A stretch of 61,809 nucleotides of DNA, filler included, from 9 parts of 9 records of this genome joined end to end with filler, not necessarily neighbours in it, one strand, 5' to 3'. Positions 29,277 through 39,414 are shown, counted from the first letter of the whole stretch. Made by a program: numbers and translations. The notes: a model not told the origin generated them from the letters alone.

Positions 29277-29376
29277 NNNNNNNNNNNNNNNNNNNNNNNN
29301 NNNNNNNNNNNNNNNNNNNNTTAATTAATTAANNNNNNNNNNNNNNNNNNNNNNNNNNNNNNNNNNNNNNNNNNNN
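29277..29376. other. Artificial contig linker
   Basis: 44 N + TTAATTAATTAA + 44 N. Confidence 0.99.
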
Positions 29377-29461
29377 CAGTGCATATTTGTGGATATGTGC
29401 TGGCGGGTGCAACGCAGTAGACGGACCAAAGGGCAAGCAAAATGGTGGATTTACCGAGGCC

Positions 29462-29824
29462 CTAACGTCGAAAACCATACTCCAATGTGAAGAATTGAGG
29501 CTTCAAGGCAGCCAGTGGTTTTCGGAGCTTTGCAAGTTCTTCTTCGGGGCCGTGGATTTCCAAACGAGTGAGTTCGGAAATCCCCAGAGCTTCCTCCAGC
29601 AGAGAGCCCACATTTTCGAGATGCGCCAACAGGCCGTCGGCATCTTCATACCCTTCACGGCAATGGACCTGATCTCCGTCAAAGCTGAATCCGTAATAGA
29701 GACATTTGGGCTCTGCTTTGGTTTTTTTAACAAATTGTTCACAGAATGCCTTAAAAGTCTCAAGTTTGCCGGTTTGAACCCTAAAGTAGGGTACGATCGT
29801 ACAGCATCTGTCCCGTGTGGCCAT
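29462..29824 (-). CDS. Small dimeric alpha-beta barrel (ABM/Dabb-like) protein
   Basis: MATRDRCCTIVPYF..EPKCLYYGFSF..CREGY..LLAHLENV; perfect RBS AAGGAGGT at 29829-29836. Confidence 0.7.
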   Translation of the reverse strand: MATRDRCCTIVPYFRVQTGKLETFKAFCEQFVKKTKAEPKCLYYGFSFDGDQVHCREGYEDADGLLAHLENVGSLLEEALGISELTRLEIHGPEEELAKLRKPLAALKPQFFTLEYGFRR

Positions 29825-29836
29825 GGGGACCTCCTT

Positions 29837-29908
29837 AGTTTGGCGAATAATCCGTTTTAATTTATCGGCCTCGGGAATGAAGCCGATTTGCTGCTGTAGC
29901 CGCGTCAT
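29837..29908 (-). pseudogene. Possible 5' remnant of an HD-domain hydrolase gene
   Basis: MTRLQQQIGFIPEADKLKRIIRQT resembles the N-terminus of HD_3-type proteins (RLxxQxxFxxExDKLKxIxRQT, recalled consensus); ATGA overlap with the kinase stop. Confidence 0.5.
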
Positions 29909-31908
29909 TCGGCATTGACCGATGAAGCCACCATTTCCTGAATAATATGAAACAGTTTATCGGCGGAGATCGGTTTTTTAACAACCCGATCGACACCCCC
30001 GGCCTTTAACGCCTCGGTGTCCAATTGGGAATCCAGACCGGTCAAAAGCATAAAAGGTGTTTTGGGAATTCCCGCGATCCGACAAAAGTCTTGATGCGCC
30101 TTTCCCACTTCCAGACCGTTCATGTCGTCCATGCCGAAATCGCATAGAATGACATGAAACCGCTTTTGGCGAATGGCTTGCAGACCCTTTTCAGCCGTAC
30201 CGGCTGTATACAACTCCACATCCGAATCCTCGAACCAGAGTTTCATCATCTTGAGGATATTGGGTTCATCGTCAATCATCAGAAAGCGAAGGCCGTTATC
30301 CGTCTTGATCTCCCGGGGGGATAAACGTTGATCCTTTGTCCTTTTCATTGACACGGCCAGAGGCAAAACGATGGTAAAGGTTGTGCCCTTGCCGAAAGCA
30401 CTCGTGACGTGTATATCGCCTCCATGCTTTTTAACGAGCCCGTAACTGGAAGAGAGACCCAGACCGCTGCTTTGAGGCCCTTTGGTGGTAAAAAAAGGTT
30501 CAAAAACCCTCTGGATGTTTTCGTCGGCGACACCGTTCCCGGTGTCTGTGAAGGTGGTAAATATCCGACCATTACAAATTTCGGAACTGATGGAGAGCGT
30601 TCCGCCCCGGGGCATGGCCTCCAGTGCGTTTTTTATCAAGTTGACCGCGACCTCATAGATCTCGGATGGGTTGCCTTCCACCAGGCATCCGGGGGTACGG
30701 ACATAATTCAGACGATACTTTCGCGTTTCAAGGGGGTTTTTCCACAACGGCTGCGTCAGTTTCACGGCTTCTTCGATGAGTTCGCCGATTGAAAACACAT
30801 GGGTTGTATCCGTTGCTCCTGCTTTTAACAGGGTGAAATCCTTAATCCTGCTCACGATATCGGCCCCTCTGTGGGATGCATCGATAATATTGATGAGGGC
30901 ATCGTTACATTTTCTGATTTCACCTGATTCAAGCTTTTTGAGGGCCGCTTCACCGGCCCCCATGATGACTTGCAGCAAGTTGTTGAAGTTGTGGGCAACA
31001 CCGCTGGCCATCTCTCCGACGGCCGACAGCCGTTCGCCACGGATCAAGGTTTTTTCCATCTGTTTCCGGATGCTCAAATCACGCGCCATGCTTAGAACGG
31101 CGGGCTTGTGCTGGTAATTGATCATTCTTGAATGAAATTCGAACGGGATGGACTCACCGGTCCGGGTCAGAATGTCCACCTCAAACTGAACGGTTTCACC
31201 GGATCGGATTTTTTGCCCCATTTCTTTCAGGATATCCATCTGACCCGAGGATATGAAATCCTTGAATGACATGCTGAGCAACTGTCGGCGGCTGTAACCG
31301 AACCGCTCACAGGCCACGTCGTTGACTTCAAGAAATGCGCCCTGGGAATGGCTGATAATCATCGGATCGATGACATTTTCAAACAGTTCTTTGTACCTTG
31401 ACAGTTCTTCGATGGTTTTACGTTCCGTAATGTCGCGAACCAGGGCCAGAAAGCATTTACGTCCCTGGATTTCCACCACGGTCCCGGTCACTTCCGCGTC
31501 CACAAATGCATGCGATTTTTTGAGAAAGCGCCTTTCCTCTACATGGACGAAACCGTATTCAAGTGCTTTTCGGATGTTTTCCTTCAATCCCCTGGAACCG
31601 GGATCGAGAAGGTCTTCTATCCTCATGGACAACAGTTCCGGCCGTGTGTAGCCGAGCCATCGGGTCGTGTAAGGATTGCAGTCCAGAATTTGGCGGGTTT
31701 CGGCATCGGCGATATAGATCGCTTCGGGGGCGTTTTCGATGATGGCGCGAAAATTGGCCTCGGATGTGGTGACTTGCTCCAATGCCTGTTTGAACTCGGC
31801 GGTGGCCTCCTTTAACAGGTTGGTCAGGATGTAAGACCTTTGTTCCGCTTGCGCCAAGAGACTTTCAAGTTCTTTAATCCGCGGTCGGAGGCTGTTGATT
31901 TCTTTCAT
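29905..31908 (-). CDS. Cytoplasmic PAS-PAS hybrid histidine kinase with receiver domain
   Basis: Two PAS domains, H-box VAHNFNNLL, FEPFFTTK, SSGLGL, receiver ILCDFGMD. Confidence 0.92.
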   Translation of the reverse strand: MKEINSLRPRIKELESLLAQAEQRSYILTNLLKEATAEFKQALEQVTTSEANFRAIIENAPEAIYIADAETRQILDCNPYTTRWLGYTRPELLSMRIEDLLDPGSRGLKENIRKALEYGFVHVEERRFLKKSHAFVDAEVTGTVVEIQGRKCFLALVRDITERKTIEELSRYKELFENVIDPMIISHSQGAFLEVNDVACERFGYSRRQLLSMSFKDFISSGQMDILKEMGQKIRSGETVQFEVDILTRTGESIPFEFHSRMINYQHKPAVLSMARDLSIRKQMEKTLIRGERLSAVGEMASGVAHNFNNLLQVIMGAGEAALKKLESGEIRKCNDALINIIDASHRGADIVSRIKDFTLLKAGATDTTHVFSIGELIEEAVKLTQPLWKNPLETRKYRLNYVRTPGCLVEGNPSEIYEVAVNLIKNALEAMPRGGTLSISSEICNGRIFTTFTDTGNGVADENIQRVFEPFFTTKGPQSSGLGLSSSYGLVKKHGGDIHVTSAFGKGTTFTIVLPLAVSMKRTKDQRLSPREIKTDNGLRFLMIDDEPNILKMMKLWFEDSDVELYTAGTAEKGLQAIRQKRFHVILCDFGMDDMNGLEVGKAHQDFCRIAGIPKTPFMLLTGLDSQLDTEALKAGGVDRVVKKPISADKLFHIIQEMVASSVNAE

Positions 31909-31910
31909 GA

Positions 31911-33071
31911 CTAGAACCCGATCACGGATACGGTAGTTGATTCATTGTGAAGATAACTGGTAGCGCGGCATTTCATGGGCGAGTATTCACCGTAAGAGTA
32001 AAACCCGGCAATGGGCAGGTTTGGACCGATCTTTTGATGGATCAGCGCGATTTCCTCATGGGTGCGGCTGCCCAAAATCAATTTCCGGGCCATGCAGGAA
32101 TAACAGAAAATCATGGCGACCGCGGCATCTCCCAGATCGGATATGGCCAATCGGGCGGCCTCTTCCGAAGCGTGCAAGACAGAGGCAATGTCTCCGCAAG
32201 TCAGGCTCACCTCGGCGCCTTCCGGGATCTCTCCGGCAAAGCTGATGGATCCTTCCTCACGGTTAACGGACATGGTGGCGCGCAACAGATAATAATTTTC
32301 TTCGCCCACATCCCCACATCGCCCCACAAGCCCGAGAGGGTACTCCACGCCGATCTCCGGCAGTTTGTGGGCGTGTTTGCCCAAAAAGCGCTCAAAAACT
32401 TTTAAGGCCGGCTCACCGTTCAGTTCGTACAGTATATTGCCGGAGGAGCGGGTCGCCTTTTTGGATAGGCCGATGGGGGCCCAACCGCTACGCACACCGG
32501 AACCCAGTTTAAAATCACCGGAAAATCCTATGGCAACAGCCGCATCTGTCAGCATCTCCCTGCCGGCAAATTGCCATGTTCTCACGAACCGGCCATTGTC
32601 ACCGGCCGTGCCGCCCGAAACCGGGATTTTTTCACCTAAAACCGATGAAATGCCTCTCAGTACAGCGCAGCCGTTGCCGGTAATCCCGTCTGAAAACAGC
32701 TGGAGGTATCGGGTCGACTCCGGTAGGCCCTGCGCCAGTTTGCGGCCGGCGGCCTCACTGTCCTGGGAGAGATTCTCTGCAACCGAAAGATGAAAATCGA
32801 TACGATCCGTAACGATTCCCACCAGAACTGCCGAATCACTGCTGAAACCTTCATTGGATATCTCGCCGGCTGTCGTACAACCGATCAAATTATCCGTATC
32901 CACGGCATCATTGACGCCTTTCAAGAGGTTCTTTACACCCTTTTGGGATGAACAAAAAAGCCAGCATACATCCGGTTTTCGGCCTAATTTACCGATCAGC
33001 CCCTCTCCCAAACGTCGCCCCTTGTTCTCCGAAAAAGGCGCCTTCAATTGAACTGTCGCTGCCTTGAACAT
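31911..33071 (-). CDS. FIST N/C domain protein (NosP-like sensor)
   Basis: IGCTTAGEI, GGTAGD, GWAPIG, LYELNGEPA, SCMARK, GFYSYGE, LHNES. Confidence 0.92.
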   Translation of the reverse strand: MFKAATVQLKAPFSENKGRRLGEGLIGKLGRKPDVCWLFCSSQKGVKNLLKGVNDAVDTDNLIGCTTAGEISNEGFSSDSAVLVGIVTDRIDFHLSVAENLSQDSEAAGRKLAQGLPESTRYLQLFSDGITGNGCAVLRGISSVLGEKIPVSGGTAGDNGRFVRTWQFAGREMLTDAAVAIGFSGDFKLGSGVRSGWAPIGLSKKATRSSGNILYELNGEPALKVFERFLGKHAHKLPEIGVEYPLGLVGRCGDVGEENYYLLRATMSVNREEGSISFAGEIPEGAEVSLTCGDIASVLHASEEAARLAISDLGDAAVAMIFCYSCMARKLILGSRTHEEIALIHQKIGPNLPIAGFYSYGEYSPMKCRATSYLHNESTTVSVIGF

Positions 33072-33137
33072 AGCCTAAGACCTTCCAATCAAGTGTCGTA
33101 TTTATGGGTAATTCTCATTTGGCATCTTTACGATTAA

Positions 33138-33154
33138 AGCAATATTCATGCCGA
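33138..33154 (-). promoter_or_regulatory. Sigma-54 (-24/-12) promoter of the FIST-kinase operon
   Basis: Minus strand reads TCGGCATGAATATTGCT (GG-N10-GC; consensus TGGCACG-N4-TTGCW), about 67 bp upstream of the FIST start. Confidence 0.75.
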
Positions 33155-33495
33155 TTTTATGCCTGCCTGAATGTGACCCTGAAAACGGAAATTAAGAAAT
33201 CTGCATTTCGCCTTAAAATCAAATAGATAATTCAAAAAACAGTTCTTTATGGCCGTGAAAGGCTTGTCGAATACATAAATGGAGAATCCGGGTTTGAAGG
33301 GCTGCGTTGCATCAAAAACTCCCGCCGGGAACTAAGGAAACACCATAATCCATTGATATGACAAAATTAAAAAGAGATGGGGCCAAAAGGGGTAAATGAC
33401 CTCAAGCCGCCATGGCTTAACTCGGTATTTCATTTATGTCCAAATATTGTTTTGATAAAAGTTGCCGGGGAATGCAGGATTCCGGCTTGCCCGAA

Positions 33496-34824
33496 TCAGG
33501 AAAATATTTTGTACTTATTAATTTTCTTATAAAGTGTTTTACGATTAATGTTCAGAATTTCGGCTGCCTGGGTTTGGTTACCGCCGGTTTCCGACAGTAT
33601 GGTCAGGATATGCTCTTTTTCCATGTCCTCGAGGGTTTTGGGCTTGCCGGGTGAAACAGATATCCGGTTGATCAGGTGCCGCGGAATATCATCGGCCGTA
33701 ATGGTATTCTTATCGGACATCAGGGCAATTTTACCGATGGTCGCTTTGAGTTCCCGGGCATTTCCCGGCCATGGGTAGGCCAGAAAAATATCATCCACTT
33801 CCGGGGAGATGGTTTTGGTGACGGAAAATTGACTCAAAAAATGTTGAGCCAGGGGCATGATATCTTCCGGACGGTCCTTTAACGGCGGTATGGTAACGGT
33901 AATCTCTGCCATCCGAAAAAATAGATCGCTACGCAGAAGACCCTTCTCCACGGCTTTTTCGAGGTCTAAATTGGTGGCCAGAATAATTCGGGTATCCACA
34001 TGGCGTTCTCGGGTTTCACCCACTCTCCGAATTCGCTTGGTCTCGATGAAACGTAGGAATTTTTTTTGTACGTCAAGATCGATGTTTCCGATTTCATCCA
34101 GGAACAATGTCCCTTTGTGGCTCTTTTCCACCAGCCCTATCTTGGCTTCCGACGCCCCGGAAAAAGCCCCCTTCCGATGTCCATAGAGTTCGCTTTCGGC
34201 TAGGTTCTGGCTCAGCAAGCCGCAGTCCAGGGAGATAAAAGGGCCGTTTTTACGAAGGCTCCGACAGTGGATCCAGCCGGCCAGCACATCCTTTCCCACT
34301 CCGGTTTCTCCGCAAATCAATACGGTGTAATCGCTTGGGGCAATGCGATCGACTATATCGTAAATTTTTTTCATGGCCTGGCTGGGGCATTGGACGATTT
34401 GACCGCTGTTGACGGTTTGAAAGTCGCCTCTCTTCTCTACGGCATCGGAGGCCGGCGGCTTTTTCCGTATGGAATGGCGGACCAGCGTCAGAAGTTCATC
34501 GAGTTTGAAAGGCTTGGTCACATAATCGCGGGCGCCCAGCTTAATGGTCTCCACAGCGGATCGAATGTCGCCGTAGCCGGTAATCATGATGACTTCGGTG
34601 GCCCGCGATATTTGTTTCATTCTTTTCAGAATTTCAATACCGCTCAGTTTGGGCAGCTTGATATCCAGAAGCACCACATCGAATCTGCGCTTTTTAAAAA
34701 GCGCCAACCCTTCTTCTCCGCTGGCTGCCGTGAAAACCTCAAAACCCTCCAGTGAAAATTCATTGCTGATGAGATGTCGAATATTCTTCTCGTCGTCTAC
34801 GGCTAGAATTCTACCCCGGCTCAT
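33496..34824 (-). CDS. NtrC-family sigma-54-dependent response regulator
   Basis: REC (LLDIKLP), Walker A GETGVGK, GAFSGA, LFLDEIG, WPGNAREL, Fis-type HTH. Confidence 0.94.
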   Translation of the reverse strand: MSRGRILAVDDEKNIRHLISNEFSLEGFEVFTAASGEEGLALFKKRRFDVVLLDIKLPKLSGIEILKRMKQISRATEVIMITGYGDIRSAVETIKLGARDYVTKPFKLDELLTLVRHSIRKKPPASDAVEKRGDFQTVNSGQIVQCPSQAMKKIYDIVDRIAPSDYTVLICGETGVGKDVLAGWIHCRSLRKNGPFISLDCGLLSQNLAESELYGHRKGAFSGASEAKIGLVEKSHKGTLFLDEIGNIDLDVQKKFLRFIETKRIRRVGETRERHVDTRIILATNLDLEKAVEKGLLRSDLFFRMAEITVTIPPLKDRPEDIMPLAQHFLSQFSVTKTISPEVDDIFLAYPWPGNARELKATIGKIALMSDKNTITADDIPRHLINRISVSPGKPKTLEDMEKEHILTILSETGGNQTQAAEILNINRKTLYKKINKYKIFS

Positions 34825-34897
34825 CTTCGACCATTCCTCATTTAAACCGCGTTGATATCAAAGAAAGTTCTTTTTACCCCTGCATTGGGCATTGCCA

Positions 34898-35655
34898 TCA
34901 GGGCGGATTGACGGGAAGCCTTATGATAAACCTGCTGCCGGCATCCCCATCGGCATCGAATAGAATCTCGCCCTTATGCTGGTTCACGATGCTGTAACAG
35001 ATCGATAAATCGATGGTATGCGTCTCTCCAACGGCTTCCCACAAACGGGCCGGATTAAATATACTGCCCGGAAAATGGTCAACCGCATCACTGCCATCAT
35101 AACGCATGCTGATTTCAATTTGATTGCGCCGGTTGATGGAAACCAGGGATAGTGCGCCGCCTTTTTCCATTGCGTTGAAAGCCCGGTTGAAGAGGTTTAA
35201 AAAAAGATGTTTTAATTGGGATTCTTTTCCGGAAAGGGTGTCCAGACCGTCGGAGAGACAATTCTTATAATTTATGGCAATGCCCTTATCCTTGGCATGC
35301 TGCCGAAAAAGCGACATGGTATCGCGGATGATCCGATCAATGGGAATGGGTTCAAAATCGTCACTGGCGTTGCGGCTGAACTCTTGAAGGGTTTGAATAA
35401 TATCTTTGCATCGATAAGCTTCGCTCTGAATGATCTCCAAATATTCTTGGAAGGAGTCAAACATTTTTTTATCAATAGGTGTGCGAACGTATTTGAAACG
35501 CTTGAGCAAACCCTCGGAAAAACCGGCAATTGATGCCAGCGGGTTGTTGATTTCGTGGGCAATGCCGGCTGCGAGAAAACCGATGGTCGCCATACGGTCC
35601 GCCTGCATGAGTTTGTGTTCGGATTCTTTTCTTCGGGTAATGTCCCGCATGAGCA
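34898..35655 (-). CDS. Histidine kinase-like protein (5' end cut) with intact H-box and degenerate HATPase
   Basis: PAS end RDIT, H-box IAHEINNPL; N/G1/F/G2 boxes eroded (NLFNRA, RYDGSD, HTIDL). Confidence 0.8.
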
Positions 35656-35755
35656 NNNNNNNNNNNNNNNNNNNNNNNNNNNNNNNNNNNNNNNNNNNNT
35701 TAATTAATTAANNNNNNNNNNNNNNNNNNNNNNNNNNNNNNNNNNNNNNNNNNNN
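35656..35755. other. Artificial contig linker
   Basis: 44 N + TTAATTAATTAA + 44 N. Confidence 0.99.
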
Positions 35756-35798
35756 ATCAAGTTTTTAGGGAATTTGTTCAAATTGACAAAAACTTGAT
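35756..35798. promoter_or_regulatory. Nested inverted repeats overlapping a TTGACA hexamer (putative operator)
   Basis: ATCAAGTTTTT (35756-66) / AAAAACTTGAT (35788-98) around AATTTG-TT-CAAATT; TTGACA at 35783-88. Confidence 0.45.
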
Positions 35799-35827
35799 CA
35801 TCGAGTCAAAGGGATCTTAAGGCTTGT

Positions 35828-36589
35828 ATGACTGAACTAGTTGTTTCAAATGTAACTCTCTCATTTGGAGGGCTAAAAGCCCTTTCCAACGTTGAAATGG
35901 TTATAGAGCCAGGTTTGATCACCTCTGTTATCGGACCCAATGGTGCCGGCAAAACCAGCTTACTCAACTGTATATCCGGATTTTACCATCCTACCCTTGG
36001 AGAAATTGTTTACAAGGATAAGAAACTTACCCATGCTTCCCCTCATCAAGTTTCCAGCATGGGCATTTCAAGGGCCTTCCAGAATCTGGAGTTATTTTCA
36101 GGATTAAGTGTTCTGGATAATCTTCTGCTGGCACGTCACCAGAATTTAAACTACAGTTTTTTGCATGCGTTACTGTTTTTTGGCAAAGCCTCTAAGATCG
36201 AAGCCCAAAACAGGGCCTATGTTGAAGAAGTCATAGATTTTATGGAACTTGAGCCTTATCGCAAAAGCATGGTAGGCAACTTAAGCTATGGAATTCAAAA
36301 AAAAGTTGAAGTGGCAAGGGCCCTGACCATGGACCCTGAGATCCTTCTTTTAGATGAACCCATGGCTGGTATGAATGTTGAGGAAAAAGAGGATATTGTT
36401 CGTTTTGTCATGGATATAAAAAAAGAAAGAAATGTCACTGTGGTTCTGGTTGAGCATGACCTTGGCGTTGTCATGGATATTTCAGATCAAATATATGTGC
36501 TGGACTTTGGACAGATGATAGGTGCGGGGACCCCTGACGAAGTTTTAAAAAACCCCAAAGTCATTGAGGCTTATATTGGGGAGGATTGA
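35828..36589 (+). CDS. LIV-type ABC transporter ATPase (LivG-like)
   Basis: FGGLKAL, GPNGAGKT, LSYG, LLLDEP, VIEAYIG. Confidence 0.92.
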   Translation: MTELVVSNVTLSFGGLKALSNVEMVIEPGLITSVIGPNGAGKTSLLNCISGFYHPTLGEIVYKDKKLTHASPHQVSSMGISRAFQNLELFSGLSVLDNLLLARHQNLNYSFLHALLFFGKASKIEAQNRAYVEEVIDFMELEPYRKSMVGNLSYGIQKKVEVARALTMDPEILLLDEPMAGMNVEEKEDIVRFVMDIKKERNVTVVLVEHDLGVVMDISDQIYVLDFGQMIGAGTPDEVLKNPKVIEAYIGED

Positions 36590-36592
36590 TAC

Positions 36593-38518
36593 ATGACAAA
36601 AAAAGAACAACAACTTGATTTTTCTATTCCCCAACTGCTTCGATGGCGTGTGGGTCAAACCCCGAAAGCTTGTGCTCTCAGGCAAAAAGACTTTGGCATC
36701 TGGAATACATACACATGGCAAGACTATTACAGCTTTGTAAGAAAGACCGGACTTGGACTTGCGCAGATCGGCCTTAAAAAAGGCGATGTCATCGCCATTA
36801 TCTCTGACAACATTCCTGAACTTTTATTCACAGCTATCGGGGCTCATGCCATAGGCGCTGTTTCTGCGGGCATCTACCAGACTTCAATGCCCGATGAAAT
36901 TGCCCAGATTCTGCAATACCTTAAAGTTTCGGCCGTTTTTTGTGATAACCAGGAACAGGTTGACAAGGTTCTGGAAGTCAAAGAAAAAATACCTCTGGTC
37001 AAAAAAGTCATTTTTGAAGATTCACGCGGCATGAGAAGCTATATGTCTGATCCCTGGTTCATAAACATTCAGGATGTTTACAAATCAGGCGACAAGGTCC
37101 ATGAAGATGACCCTGAACTTTTCGAGCGTTTAGTGGACCAGGGAAAACCTGATGATGTCTGCCATTTATGCCTGACGTCAGGTACAACAGGTTTGCCCAA
37201 GGGCACAATGATGACACATCGCAATTATATCAACATGGGTATTCAAATCACTGATGTGGATCCCTTAAAGCCTACGGATGAATACATATCATTTCTCCCC
37301 TTTGCCTGGATAGGCGAGCAGATGAACTCTTTTGGCGTGGCCTTGTCTACCGGTATCACCATCAACTTTCCCGAATCTGTGGAAACAGCCATGTCGGACC
37401 TCAAGGAGATTGGACCCCATTTCATGTTCGGTGCGCCAAGAATCTATGAAGCCATCAGATCTGAAATCTGGCTTAAAATCGATCAGAGTTATTGGCTCAA
37501 CAAGGCTTTGTACAATTATTTCATAAAGGTGGGACTTAAAGCTGCCTCATTCCGCATGACAGGCAAAATAATGCCGCCCCTTCTGGCAATCAAGGCCTGG
37601 CTTGGCAAACAGATAATTTTCAGGCCCCTTACCAACCAGATCGGCCTTTTGCGCCTGAGAAGAGCCTATACCGGCGGTGCTGCACTGGGGCCCGAATTAT
37701 TCACGTTTTACCAGGCCATTGGTGTCAATCTCAAACAAATTTACGGACAAACCGAGATTACAGGTATTGCCTATATGCACAGGGACAAGGATGTGCGACC
37801 CGATACAGTAGGTCTGCCCCTGCCTGGAACAGAATGCAAAATATCTGAACAAGGGGAAATATTGTCAAAGTCCCTGTCTGTCTCGCCCGGCTACTATGAG
37901 CTGCCTGAAAAAACCGAAGAGTTGCTTGAAGGCGGCTGGCTTCATTCAGGAGATGCAGGCTACATTGATGATAACGGTCATCTTGTGGTGATTGACAGGC
38001 TTTCCGATGTAATGCACAACACAAAAGGGCAGATGTTCTCACCCATGTTTCTGGAGAATGCCCTAAAATTCAGCCCCTACATAAAAGAAGCAATTATTTT
38101 TGGCAACCAACAAGACTATGTCACATGTCTTATCAACATTGATCCTGTTGTGGTGGGCAAGTGGGCAGAAGATAAAGGTTTGTCCTATACCACCTATATG
38201 GATCTGTCCGGGAAAAGCCAGGTGGCAGACCTGATAATGGCCCAGGTCATGGATCTTAACCGCAGGGCCGAAAAAGAGCATTTTAAAATAAAACGTTTTG
38301 CGTTGCTGTATAAACTTCTGGATGTGGATGACGGCGAGCTGACCAAAACCGGTAAAATTCGCCGGAAATTTGTGCAGGAACGCTACGATAACCTGTACCA
38401 GGCCCTGTACCAGGAAGATGTGAGTGAAAGCCAGGTTGAAGCAAGCTTTCAATATCAGGACGGCCAGACAACCAGCGTTAAAACCAGTATTTCATTTTAT
38501 ACAGTGAAAGGAGTTTGA
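36593..38518 (+). CDS. Long-chain acyl-CoA synthetase (AMP-binding)
   Basis: TSGTTGLPKG, YGQTE, GWLHSGDAG, ELTKTGKIRR. Confidence 0.92.
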   Translation: MTKKEQQLDFSIPQLLRWRVGQTPKACALRQKDFGIWNTYTWQDYYSFVRKTGLGLAQIGLKKGDVIAIISDNIPELLFTAIGAHAIGAVSAGIYQTSMPDEIAQILQYLKVSAVFCDNQEQVDKVLEVKEKIPLVKKVIFEDSRGMRSYMSDPWFINIQDVYKSGDKVHEDDPELFERLVDQGKPDDVCHLCLTSGTTGLPKGTMMTHRNYINMGIQITDVDPLKPTDEYISFLPFAWIGEQMNSFGVALSTGITINFPESVETAMSDLKEIGPHFMFGAPRIYEAIRSEIWLKIDQSYWLNKALYNYFIKVGLKAASFRMTGKIMPPLLAIKAWLGKQIIFRPLTNQIGLLRLRRAYTGGAALGPELFTFYQAIGVNLKQIYGQTEITGIAYMHRDKDVRPDTVGLPLPGTECKISEQGEILSKSLSVSPGYYELPEKTEELLEGGWLHSGDAGYIDDNGHLVVIDRLSDVMHNTKGQMFSPMFLENALKFSPYIKEAIIFGNQQDYVTCLINIDPVVVGKWAEDKGLSYTTYMDLSGKSQVADLIMAQVMDLNRRAEKEHFKIKRFALLYKLLDVDDGELTKTGKIRRKFVQERYDNLYQALYQEDVSESQVEASFQYQDGQTTSVKTSISFYTVKGV

Positions 38519-39411
38519 TGGCTTATTTTTTACAAATTATGGTCAGCGGAATAGTTGTCGGTTCCATTTACGCACTGGCTGCCCTTGGGTTGGTACTGAT
38601 CTATAAATCCAGCCGGGTGGCTAATTTTGCCCATGGCCAGATTATAGCAGCCGGAGCCTTTATTACCTACTTTTTGACTGTGGATCTGCATATTCCCATT
38701 TTCTTTTCTTTTCTTGCTTCAATGATCATCACCTTTTTTCTGGCTATGAGTGTAGAAAAAATTTTTTTGCGAAGGCTTATAGGCGAGCCCATCATTTCGG
38801 TTATCATGGTGACCATCGGGCTTGCATCCATAATAGACGGGTTTATCTATCTTACTTCCTTTGGCACTGAAAATTATTCCTTTCCACCTTTTTTACCCAC
38901 AACCCCCATAAGTTTAGGCCTGGTTTCCATCTCCTGGACCCAGCTTATTGGCGTAATCATCACTTTTGTCCTTATTGGCGCCTTTTCCTGGTTTTTTAAA
39001 AAATCCACCATCGGTATTGCCATGAGAGCGGTTTCCGACGACCAGATGGGTTCCATGTCGGTGGGCATCTCCGTGCCTAAGGTCTTTGGCCTTGCCTGGG
39101 CAACGGCTGGACTCTCTGCGGCTGCGGCCGGGTGCATCATAGGAAATATAACAGGGCTTAATTTTGATACTCTGCATGCTTTTGGCATTGTTGTTTTTCC
39201 AGTTGTCATCCTGGGAGGCCTGGATTCAATCCTGGGAGCTGTGGTGGCAGGTATCATCATGGGCCTTATACAGCAGTTTGCGTCCGGGTACCTGGACGGC
39301 AACTGGGGCCTTTCCGGCACGGGTGAAGTAATGCCCTATATCATTTTACTGATCATACTTCTATTTAAACCACATGGATTGTTCGGGATCCATGAAATCG
39401 AGCGGGTATAG
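38518..39411 (+). CDS. LIV-type ABC permease (LivH-like)
   Basis: GSIYALAALG..NFAHG, GIAMRAV, ILGGLDS, KPHGLFG. Confidence 0.92.
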   Translation: MAYFLQIMVSGIVVGSIYALAALGLVLIYKSSRVANFAHGQIIAAGAFITYFLTVDLHIPIFFSFLASMIITFFLAMSVEKIFLRRLIGEPIISVIMVTIGLASIIDGFIYLTSFGTENYSFPPFLPTTPISLGLVSISWTQLIGVIITFVLIGAFSWFFKKSTIGIAMRAVSDDQMGSMSVGISVPKVFGLAWATAGLSAAAAGCIIGNITGLNFDTLHAFGIVVFPVVILGGLDSILGAVVAGIIMGLIQQFASGYLDGNWGLSGTGEVMPYIILLIILLFKPHGLFGIHEIERV

Positions 39412-39414
39412 ACC

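Noticed and set aside
33496-34824. GAFSGA as a defective sigma-54 contact loop
   Set aside because: Thr-to-Ser is a common natural variant and other AAA+ motifs are intact
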